Assembly (NCBI GenBank): GCA_026392115.1
Contig: JAPLCQ010000064.1
Coordinates: 64,698-128,697, forward strand
Length of the DNA: 64,000 nt
DNA from: Armatimonadota bacterium
GTDB lineage: Bacteria > Armatimonadota > Chthonomonadetes > Chthonomonadales > CAJBBX01
Direction: 5' to 3'
The notes under the pieces were generated by a model. The model had not been told where the DNA came from and made no database searches. It worked only from the letters and a program-made list of their open reading frames with translations. A program made the translations under genes and the position numbers. Position 1 is the stretch's first letter. Every line of letters begins with the position of its first letter. Below are positions 51,461 through 59,223 of this stretch, piece after piece.

Positions 51461-51752
51461 CTACCCCTCCTGGATCAGCCGCGTCGCCTCCCCCAGGCAC
51501 AGCCGCGGGAACTGCTCCATCAGCTCTCTTACGTCCTGCCGGAAGCTCGGGTCGTCTTTGTACCTCTGCAATCGCTCGTCGGCGGATAGCGGCTGCGGCT
51601 TCCTTGGGGTTGTATCCTCCGGTCGGCCCTGTGCGCTCGCGGGAGGCGTAGGCTGCGTCCTCATTGTCGAACTCCTTTGCGATGGCCTGGACTTCATCCT
51701 CGCTCATAGCAGGCAGGCCGCGGTCTGCGCGGGCCTGCTTCTCGACATCCAT
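51461..51752 (-). pseudogene. Small ORF with an apparent 1-nt frameshift
   Basis: Frame A reads MDVEKQARADRGLPAMSEDEVQAIAKEFDNEDAAYAS..NPKEAAAA, which is protein-like and then becomes junk. Frame B becomes protein-like at the same point (LSADERLQRYKDDPSFRQDVRELMEQFPRLCLGEATRLIQEG, then stop). The switch lies near 51585-51600. Confidence 0.35.
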
Positions 51753-51920
51753 GTACGATACAGAGTTCTCCGGCTTGCCCCAGATTTCCTGCCAAGTGCG
51801 TCCATCGCCTCCTGCCGGCCCTTGCGGATTTGGCCCGTGCTTGGAGCAGGACAAGACGACCCGCGCACCGAATAGAGAATCAGCCGCGGCTCGATTCGCC
51901 GGGGAACATTGGAGTGAGCC

Positions 51921-53600
51921 ATGCCAAGATGCCTGAAGCCCGCTATCGCCCTGCTCGCCCTCGCCGCCGCGCTGGGAGCCGCCGCCGCGCCGCGCGTGGA
52001 ATACCGCCGCCTGCCCCTGAAGACCTTCATGAGCAAGATGAAGGCCGGCTGGCTGGGGCAGATCGCCGGGGTCTCCCTGGGCGCCCCCACGGAGTTCCGG
52101 TGGCAGGACAAGATCATCCCCGACGACGAGTGCCCGCGCTGGCAACCCAAGCTCATCAACGACGCCTTCGCGCAGGATGACCTCTATGTCGAGATGACCT
52201 TCCTGCGCACCATGGAGCAGTACGGGCTGGGCGTCTCCATCCGGCAGGCCGGGCTGGACTTCGCCAACTCGCGATACAGCCTCTGGTGCGCCAACAACGC
52301 CGGCCGCACGAACCTGCGCCGGGGCATCGCGCCGCCCGACTCGGGCCACCCGAAGTTCAACAAGTGCCCGAACGACATCGACTACCAGATCGAGGCGGAC
52401 TACTCGGGCCTCATCGCGCCGGGGATGCCCCAGGCCGCCGTGGAGCTGGGCGAGAAGTTCGGCCGTCTGATGAACTACGGCGACGGCCTCTATGCCGGCC
52501 AGTTCGTGGGCGCCATGTACGCCGCGGCCTACTTCCATTCGGACCCCGTCATCATCGTCGAGGAGGCCCTCAAGGCGATTCCGGCCCAGAGCCAGTACGC
52601 CGAGATGGTCCGCGACATGCTGGCCTGGTACCGCAACGACCCCGACGACTGGCAGGCCACGTGGCGCCTCTGCCAGACCAAGTACCGCCTGAACCCCGAG
52701 TACCAGAAGTCCTCCAACGGCGGCATCGACTGCAAGATCAACGGCGCCTACGTCTTGCTCGGCCTCCTCTACGGCCACCGCGACCCCGAGGCCACCATGC
52801 GCATCGCCTGCCGCGGCGGCATGGACTCGGACTGCAATCCCTCCAGCGCCGCCGGAGTCCTCTTCACCGCGCTGGGCATGGAGGGCTTGGAGCCGCGCTT
52901 CTACGAGGCGCTGGAGCAGAAGCCCATCTTCAGCCACACGGCGTACAACGTGCCCCGCCTGCTGGAGGTCTGCCGAAAGCTGGCCCTACAGGTCCTCCGC
53001 AAGCGCGGCGGAAAGGTCGTGCGGGAGAACGGCGTCGATATGATGCTCATCCCGGTGCGCCCCGTGGTTCCCACCGCGCTGGAGCTGAGCTGGGCTCCCG
53101 GCCCCATCACCGGGGCGCGCTACACCCCCGCCGAGATGCGCAAGGTCACGATGCTCTCGGTGCCCGAGAAGGTCCAGCAAGCCGTGAAGCAGGTGCTGCC
53201 CGGTTGGGCCGTGCGCGACTGCGGACCCGACATGGACCCCGGCCTGCAGGCGGAGTACCGGGGCAAGAAGAACGTCGTCCTGCTCCATCCGCTGGATCAG
53301 GAGATCGGCTGCGCCCTGAAGCGCGTCCTGGCCGTCCCCGCGGCCGGCGCTCCCGTCCTGCGCATCGTCGTGGCCCGCGACGAGCGCGGCGACTTCGACC
53401 TCATCGTCAAGGTCGACGGCAAGGAGGCCCTCCGCAAGCCCATGACCAAAGAGACCGCGCCGGACTGCTGGACCACGGTGACGGTGGACCTGGGCGCGTG
53501 GAAGGGCAGGCAGGCCACCGTCGAGATCGTGAACCAGCCCAGCGGCTGGTCCTTCGAGGCCGCATACTTCGCCGAGATCGCTCTCGTTCAGCGCCCCTAG
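51921..53600 (+). CDS. Secreted ADP-ribosylglycohydrolase-family protein
   Basis: 559 aa with signal peptide MPRCLKPAIALLALAAALGAAAAP. ARH-family blocks are present (GWLGQIAGVSLGAPTEF, DDLYVEMTFL, GGMDSDCNPSSAAG). A C-terminal beta-sandwich-like extension follows. Confidence 0.8.
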   Translation: MPRCLKPAIALLALAAALGAAAAPRVEYRRLPLKTFMSKMKAGWLGQIAGVSLGAPTEFRWQDKIIPDDECPRWQPKLINDAFAQDDLYVEMTFLRTMEQYGLGVSIRQAGLDFANSRYSLWCANNAGRTNLRRGIAPPDSGHPKFNKCPNDIDYQIEADYSGLIAPGMPQAAVELGEKFGRLMNYGDGLYAGQFVGAMYAAAYFHSDPVIIVEEALKAIPAQSQYAEMVRDMLAWYRNDPDDWQATWRLCQTKYRLNPEYQKSSNGGIDCKINGAYVLLGLLYGHRDPEATMRIACRGGMDSDCNPSSAAGVLFTALGMEGLEPRFYEALEQKPIFSHTAYNVPRLLEVCRKLALQVLRKRGGKVVRENGVDMMLIPVRPVVPTALELSWAPGPITGARYTPAEMRKVTMLSVPEKVQQAVKQVLPGWAVRDCGPDMDPGLQAEYRGKKNVVLLHPLDQEIGCALKRVLAVPAAGAPVLRIVVARDERGDFDLIVKVDGKEALRKPMTKETAPDCWTTVTVDLGAWKGRQATVEIVNQPSGWSFEAAYFAEIALVQRP

Positions 53601-53611
53601 GGAGGTGCCGT

Positions 53612-54751
53612 ATGTCCGGTTGGCTCATTGCGTTGTTCGTGGCCGCCGCGGTTGCCGCCGCCGCCGCCGAGGCGAAGGCCGCGCCCGAGTGGGACCTGCC
53701 CGACCCGTTCCGGATGGAGGACGGCTCGCGAGTGGCCTCGTCGGCGGACTGGTCGCGCCGCCGGGCCGAAATCCGAGCCATCCTGCTCAAGCACGAATAC
53801 GGCGCGCCGCCCTCGGCCGATGCGCGCGTCACGGCCGCGGTCGGCGGCGTCTCGTACCTCTTCGACGGCACGGTGTCGCAGCGCAGGGCCACACTGACGA
53901 CGGGCCCCGACCAGGCCGTCGCCATGACCGTGGAACTGACCCTGCCGACGGGCAAGGGGCCCCACCCGGTCATCGTCTGCGGCGACGCCTGCTGGGGTGC
54001 GGTCCCGGGCCTGCAGCGCATCCTGGAGCGGGGCTACGGCGTGGCCACGTTCGACCGCACCGAGGTCGACCCCGACACCGCCGAGCGCGCCAAGGGCGCC
54101 CGTGTGCTCTACAAGGGCGAGGATTGGGCCACGATCTCGGCCTGGGCGTGGTCCTTCAGCCGCGTCATCGACTGGCTCTGCACCGTGCCGGAGATCGACG
54201 ACCGCCGCATCGTGGTCACCGGCCACTCCCGCGGCGGCAAGGCCGCCCTGCTGGCCGGCGCGCTGGACGAGCGCGTCGCGGTCACCGCGCCCAACAACTC
54301 GGGCTGCGGCGGCGCGGCGCCCTACCGCATCCTGGACAAGGGCTCGGAGACGCTGGAGATCATCACGCGGGCCTTCCCGCACTGGTTCGTGCCCGGCCTG
54401 CGCGAGTTCAAGGACGACGCGACCAAGCTGCCCTTCGACCAGCACTTCCTGCTCGCCCTGGTCGCGCCGCGCGGGCTCCTGATCACCAACGCGCTGGATG
54501 ACCATTGGGCCGACCCGGAGGGCACCCAGCAGACCTTCCTGGCCGCCAAGGAGGTCTTCCGGTATCTCGACGCCGGAGGCAAGGCGGGCATCGCCTACCG
54601 GCCCGGCGGTCACGGCCACACCGAGGATGACTGGATGGCCCTGGTGGACTTTTCCGACATCGTCTTCCACCGCGGCAAGCCGGAGCGCAAGTTCGACGCC
54701 CTGCCCTTCAACGGCGGCAAGCGCGCGTTCCGCTGGTCGGCGCCGGGTTAG
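53612..54751 (+). CDS. Glucuronoyl esterase (CE15-like)
   Basis: This is the C-terminal 379 codons of track ORF 52286..54751. The start is the ATG at 53612 (GGAGG 6 nt upstream). The signal peptide is MSGWLIALFVAAAVAAAAAEAKA. The nucleophile elbow is VTGHSRGGKAALLAG, followed by PNNSGCGGAAP, DQHFLLALVAPRGLL and a GGHGH tail. Confidence 0.8.
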   Translation: MSGWLIALFVAAAVAAAAAEAKAAPEWDLPDPFRMEDGSRVASSADWSRRRAEIRAILLKHEYGAPPSADARVTAAVGGVSYLFDGTVSQRRATLTTGPDQAVAMTVELTLPTGKGPHPVIVCGDACWGAVPGLQRILERGYGVATFDRTEVDPDTAERAKGARVLYKGEDWATISAWAWSFSRVIDWLCTVPEIDDRRIVVTGHSRGGKAALLAGALDERVAVTAPNNSGCGGAAPYRILDKGSETLEIITRAFPHWFVPGLREFKDDATKLPFDQHFLLALVAPRGLLITNALDDHWADPEGTQQTFLAAKEVFRYLDAGGKAGIAYRPGGHGHTEDDWMALVDFSDIVFHRGKPERKFDALPFNGGKRAFRWSAPG

Positions 54752-54870
54752 CCGTTCTGGAATCGTGAGCGCCGGACGGGCGTAAGGTAGAGTATTCGGA
54801 CGATGGAGCCGCGGCACGGCGGCGCGTCACAACCGCACATTTCCGCAGATCGAAGCAGGGAGGACTGGGT

Positions 54871-57699
54871 ATGGCCATTCGCATGATGCAGTCGCTGCAT
54901 GCGGCTGCCGCGCTGATCGCGCTCGGGGTTCCGTGTTGGGCCGGGGGCATCGATCCCGACCGAGGACCCGATGAGCTGCTGCCCGTAAGCGGTCCCCACC
55001 GGACCACGATGGCGGACGCGCTCCGCCTCGATGCGGCCCGCCCGCCGAGGTCTGAGCTGGTGGACGCCCTCATCCGGCAGCGCGGCCGCGTTATCCGCAG
55101 CAAGCCGAGAGTCCGGGGCGGCATGTCGGCGATCGGCGCGCCGTGGCACGGCCTCTACGTCAAACGCTCATTCGTCGAGGCGCCGGCCGTCTACTTTCCG
55201 CCGCCCGCCTTCGCCGGCGACCGCCCCGCTCCCCGGGCGCCTCAGACCATCAACACCAGCTTCATCGGCCTGGGGTACGGCGACACGGCCGGGTGGATTC
55301 CACCGGACACCAACGGCGCCGTCGGGCCGAACCACGTCGTCATCGCCATCAACTCCGACGTGGGTTACTACACCAGGGCGGGCGCGAAACTGTCGCAGGT
55401 CACGCTGGAGAGCGTCTTCGGAGACGCGATGGTGGGCGGCGGCTTCGATCCGCGCGTCGTGTACGACAGGCTCAGCGGGCGATGGCTGATCTCCGCGCTG
55501 GAGATGGGCTCCTCCGAGAACAACAACGTCTTCCTCGCCGTCAGCAACACCTCGGACCCGACGGCCGGCTGGACGCATTGGGAGATCGGCGTCGCTGGCG
55601 CGGGCTATTTCAATGACTACGATTCCCTCGGCGTCGACGACAACGGCGTCTACCTCGGCCTGACGAAGTTCAACACGACCACCTGGACCGCCACCTACAG
55701 CATCGTCACCATTCCGAAGGCGCAGGTGGTGGCGGGCGGCGCCATCACGCCTTCCGCCTTTCTCGGGATCACGGGCCTGTACGCCACGCCGCAGCCGGCC
55801 ACGTCGGTCACGGCTGTTGGGGCGGGCGGCGCCCTCTGGTTCGCGGCCTCCTCGAACAGCGTCTACGCCAACGTGATCATGCGCAAGGTCACCTGGTCCG
55901 GCGCCTCGCCGTCCTTGGGCGGCGCCGTCGCCGTGACGACGCCCGCGTTCGGGCCGACCTCCTTGGCCAAGGCCAAAGGTAGCACCACCGACATCGACGC
56001 GGGCGACGAGCGGATGCAGATGGGCATGCGGCGCGGCAACCGCGTCTGGCTCTGCCGCAATGTCGGCGTCGATTCCTCCGGCGGGGCCGGCTCCACGCGG
56101 ACGGCCGCCGAGTGGTTGGAGATGGATGTCTCCGGCGGCTCGCCCGTCCTGGTCCAGTCCGGCCGCATCTATGACGCCTCCGTCTCCGACCCGCGCATGT
56201 ACTACTACCCGGCCCTCGCCGTGAACGGTCAGGGACATGTGGCGCTGGGCTTCTCCGGGTCCAAGTCCACCGAGTACGTGGCGGCCTACACCTGCGGACG
56301 CTTGGCAACCGACGCCGCCGGCGCCATGCAGGCCATCGCCACCGTGAAGGCCGGCGCTGGAGCCTATACGGTCGTGGCAGACGGGCTGAACCGCTGGGGC
56401 GACTACAGCTACACCAGCGTCGACCCGACCAACGACATGGGCATCTGGACCGTCCAGGAGTACGCCCGCAGCACGAATACCTGGGGGACGTGGGTGGCCG
56501 AGCTCCGATCGCCGGCGCCCACGGCGGCCAATCCGAGCGCGACGGCGACGCAGGGCCAGTCCGGCGCCTCTTTCACGCTCACCGGTACGGGCTTCTTCGA
56601 TCCAGGCGCGGGCTTCACAGGCCGACTCGGCGTTGCGATCACCGGCGGCTCGCCCAACGGCGTCTCGGGCATCGTCGCGACCGTCAACAGCCCGACCAGC
56701 GTCACCGTGACGTACAACGTGGCCGCCGACGCCCAGGCCGCCACGCGCAACATCGTCGTAACGAACCCGGACGGCCAGTCCGCTACGGTCACGGGCGGCC
56801 TGACGATCTCCGCCGGCAAGGTGGCGTCGAAGCTGTCTGTGTTTGACCGCACCGGCAACTACACCGACACCATCGCCCTGAAGGCGAACCTCTACCGCTC
56901 CAGCGACAACGCCCTGCTGGCCGGGCGTTCGGTCTCGTTCAGCATCGCCGGCACCGCCGTTGGCTCGGCGACGACGGATGCGTCGGGCCTCGCCACGCTG
57001 AACTGGGCCATCACCAGCGGCGCGGCCTCGCGGACCATCGGCGCCGACTTCGCGGGCGACGCCGGCTTCCTGTCCTGTACGGGTAGCGCGACCCTCACCT
57101 CCACGGTGCAGCCGACCAAGGTCTACGTGGTCGACCGGCTGAACGTGAAGATCAAGACCTACACCGTTCTCAAGGCCTACCTCTACACCACCGCCAACGT
57201 CATCCTGCCCGGCCGCACGCTGACCATGTCGGTGGACGGCACGTCGTTGGGCTCGCAGGTCACCAACGGCAGCGGCTACATCTCCTACGGATACACTGTG
57301 CCCGAGGGAACGGGCGCTGGCAACCGCGTGGTGGCCTCTTCATGGGCCGGCAATGCGGGCTATCCGGCCTCCAACAGCAAGGGCAAGCTGGGCGTGGTGC
57401 AGGGCAACCTCTATATCTGGCCCTACATCCGCTCGGGCAAGCGCGGCACGGTCCACCCGCTCAAGGGCTACGTCCGCAGCCTGCCGGACTACGTGATCCA
57501 GCCCGGCAAGAGCATCACCTTCAAGGTGAACGGCTCCGTCATCGGCTCCGCCAACGTTGCGGCCGACGGCTGGGCCACGGTCAACTGGACCATCCCGGCC
57601 GGCGAGCCCACCGGCGCCCACACCGGCGCCGCCGAGTTCGCGGGTGACGCCTGGTACGCGGCGGTCACGGCGAGCACCACGTTCAACGTCGTGCTGTAG
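54871..57699 (+). CDS. Large secreted protein, tandem paralog 1: propeller-like N-half, IPT/TIG-like domain, three Ig-like repeats
   Basis: 942 aa, GGGAGGA upstream, with a signal peptide ending PCWAG. Conserved blocks are PPDTNGAVGPNH, FDPRVVYDRLSGRW, AVSNTSDPTAGW (Asp-box-like), DYDSLGVDDNGVY and NRWGDYSYTSVDP. These are followed by ASFTLTGTGFFDPG and three ~90-aa repeats (LKANLY..., LKAYLY..., LKGYVR...). Confidence 0.85.
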   Translation: MAIRMMQSLHAAAALIALGVPCWAGGIDPDRGPDELLPVSGPHRTTMADALRLDAARPPRSELVDALIRQRGRVIRSKPRVRGGMSAIGAPWHGLYVKRSFVEAPAVYFPPPAFAGDRPAPRAPQTINTSFIGLGYGDTAGWIPPDTNGAVGPNHVVIAINSDVGYYTRAGAKLSQVTLESVFGDAMVGGGFDPRVVYDRLSGRWLISALEMGSSENNNVFLAVSNTSDPTAGWTHWEIGVAGAGYFNDYDSLGVDDNGVYLGLTKFNTTTWTATYSIVTIPKAQVVAGGAITPSAFLGITGLYATPQPATSVTAVGAGGALWFAASSNSVYANVIMRKVTWSGASPSLGGAVAVTTPAFGPTSLAKAKGSTTDIDAGDERMQMGMRRGNRVWLCRNVGVDSSGGAGSTRTAAEWLEMDVSGGSPVLVQSGRIYDASVSDPRMYYYPALAVNGQGHVALGFSGSKSTEYVAAYTCGRLATDAAGAMQAIATVKAGAGAYTVVADGLNRWGDYSYTSVDPTNDMGIWTVQEYARSTNTWGTWVAELRSPAPTAANPSATATQGQSGASFTLTGTGFFDPGAGFTGRLGVAITGGSPNGVSGIVATVNSPTSVTVTYNVAADAQAATRNIVVTNPDGQSATVTGGLTISAGKVASKLSVFDRTGNYTDTIALKANLYRSSDNALLAGRSVSFSIAGTAVGSATTDASGLATLNWAITSGAASRTIGADFAGDAGFLSCTGSATLTSTVQPTKVYVVDRLNVKIKTYTVLKAYLYTTANVILPGRTLTMSVDGTSLGSQVTNGSGYISYGYTVPEGTGAGNRVVASSWAGNAGYPASNSKGKLGVVQGNLYIWPYIRSGKRGTVHPLKGYVRSLPDYVIQPGKSITFKVNGSVIGSANVAADGWATVNWTIPAGEPTGAHTGAAEFAGDAWYAAVTASTTFNVVL

Positions 57700-57729
57700 C
57701 CCTCCGTCGTACCCGATCAGACGCACGAC

Positions 57730-57758
57730 GGCCCCGGAGCAACCCGCGCTCCGGGGCC
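57730..57758 (+). terminator. GC-rich hairpin downstream of paralog 1 (candidate intrinsic terminator, no U-tract)
   Basis: GGCCCCGGAGC-AACCCGC-GCTCCGGGGCC: an 11-bp perfect stem, 31 nt after the stop codon. Confidence 0.5.
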
Positions 57759-57812
57759 GTTCCCCATTGCCGCCCGTGTCGGCTATCATGGTGTGAGGGG
57801 GCTTCCGCCGAT

Positions 57813-58856
57813 ATGTACGATGCCGATGACCCGCCGATTCGCGAGTTCGCCGACAGGGGCACGCTCTGGCTGCTGGAATCGACCTCCAACCTCCGCGACC
57901 TGGTGGCCATGGCCGCCCGGGAGGTGGCCGACTCGCTGGACTTCGAGCGGGCCGAGCGCGTGAACCGATCGTTCGTCCCCGCCGACCTGCACAAGCAGGA
58001 GGCGGACCTGCTCTACCGCGTGCCTTTCCGCACCGGGAAGTCGGAGGTCTGGGTCTACCTGCTGGTCGAGCACCAGTCGAAGCCCGACCGGTTGATGGGA
58101 CTGCGGGTACTCTCGTATATGGTACAGGTGTGGGACATGCAGCGGCAGCGCTGGGAGCAGGAGCGACCGTCCGCCGCCCGGCGCAGGCTGGCGCCCATCG
58201 TGCCTCTGGTCTTCTACACGGGCAAGCGGCGCTGGTCGCGCGTTCCGGGGCTGGAAGCCGTGATGCAGGCTCCCGCCGCGCTGCAACGGTTCGTGCCGAG
58301 GCACGAGACGCTGTTCGTCGGACTGGACGGCCTGCCGGCGCACTCGGATGATGCGTCGCCGCTGGCCACGGTGCTGCGGGTGTTGCGAATGGCGGACAGC
58401 GACACCGAGGCGATGAAGGCGGCCCTGGCTGGCGCCATGCGGGAGTTGGAGGCGCTGCCGCCCGAGGCGCAGGCCGAGTGGCGCCGCGCGGCGCACTACC
58501 TGATTCTGCTGGTGCGCCACAAGCGCACGGTGGACGAGCAGGATGCCCTGAACCAGGCGCTGGCGGACGCCATCGTCGGCGAGCGGCACGAGGAGGTGAA
58601 CGAGATGACCATGACCGGTGCCGAGGCCCTGCTGCGAGAGGGGCACAGACTCGGCGTTGACGAGGGCCGCCAGATCGGCGCTGACGAGGGGCGTCAGGAG
58701 GCGTTCAAGGCGTTGCTCACGCTGCAACTGGAGCGTCGCTTCGGTTCGCTGACCGAAGCCCAGCGGAGCAAGATCGCGGCGCTCACCGGCGAACAGGCGA
58801 GCCTGCTGGGCGTTCAGCTGCTCGACGCTCGCTCACTGGCGGAGTTGGGCCTGTAG
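57813..58856 (+). CDS. Rpn-family recombination-promoting nuclease / PD-(D/E)XK putative transposase with DUF4351-like tail, copy 2
   Basis: 347 aa. Motifs EADLLYRVPF, VWVYLLVEHQSKPD (D...E-x-Q), PIVPLVFYTGKRRW, the repeat VDEGRQIGADEGRQ, and the tail LQLERRFGSLTEAQRSKIAAL are present. Confidence 0.8.
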   Translation: MYDADDPPIREFADRGTLWLLESTSNLRDLVAMAAREVADSLDFERAERVNRSFVPADLHKQEADLLYRVPFRTGKSEVWVYLLVEHQSKPDRLMGLRVLSYMVQVWDMQRQRWEQERPSAARRRLAPIVPLVFYTGKRRWSRVPGLEAVMQAPAALQRFVPRHETLFVGLDGLPAHSDDASPLATVLRVLRMADSDTEAMKAALAGAMRELEALPPEAQAEWRRAAHYLILLVRHKRTVDEQDALNQALADAIVGERHEEVNEMTMTGAEALLREGHRLGVDEGRQIGADEGRQEAFKALLTLQLERRFGSLTEAQRSKIAALTGEQASLLGVQLLDARSLAELGL

Positions 58857-58925
58857 GGCGGAGCATCGCCCAACGCGGGCGCCGACGGCCTGCCAGCAGC
58901 GGCTCGTACCTCGTTCGCACAGCGC

Positions 58926-58954
58926 GGCCCCGGAGCAACCCGAGCTCCGGGGCC
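58926..58954 (+). terminator. Second copy of the same hairpin, downstream of Rpn copy 2
   Basis: GGCCCCGGAGC-AACCCGA-GCTCCGGGGCC. The stem is identical to the one at 57730-57758. Confidence 0.5.
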
Positions 58955-59223
58955 GTCTTGCGTCTCGGCCGCGCCCTTCCGTATCATCCGCCGGGGTTGG
59001 GGAACTCTTGGTCCAGTATGTAAGTCATTCCTCCCGGCGCGGCCTCGGATCACGGTGCCGTGCGTTTGTCGGCACCGTGGCGACTGCCCGCCGGCCCGGT
59101 CGGCACGTACGCGCCGCTGCGCCGTGCCTTCTTCGTAAGTACAATGCGCCACGAGCAACGGGAGCCCGCGCTGCGGCGTAAGACCCCGTAGGTTCGTGTG
59201 CGTGAGCGCAGGAAGGACACCCT

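Noticed and set aside
51405-52937. Upper part of the 619-aa minus-strand ORF 51078..52937
   Set aside because: From 51921 upward it is antisense to the ADP-ribosylglycohydrolase gene. Only short segments near 51078-51404 and 51600-51752 look protein-like; these are reported separately at low confidence.
52286-53611. First 442 codons of the 821-aa plus-strand ORF 52286..54751
   Set aside because: This part is an off-frame overlap of the ADP-ribosylglycohydrolase gene (Arg/Pro/Gly-rich). The real CE15 gene starts at the internal ATG at 53612, which has GGAGG and a signal peptide.
53612-54751. GHSRGG (His instead of Cys before the catalytic Ser) as an anomaly in the CE15 esterase
   Set aside because: To my recollection bacterial CE15 enzymes commonly carry G-H-S-R-x-G-K, whereas fungal ones have G-C-S-R. 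This is therefore probably normal for the family.
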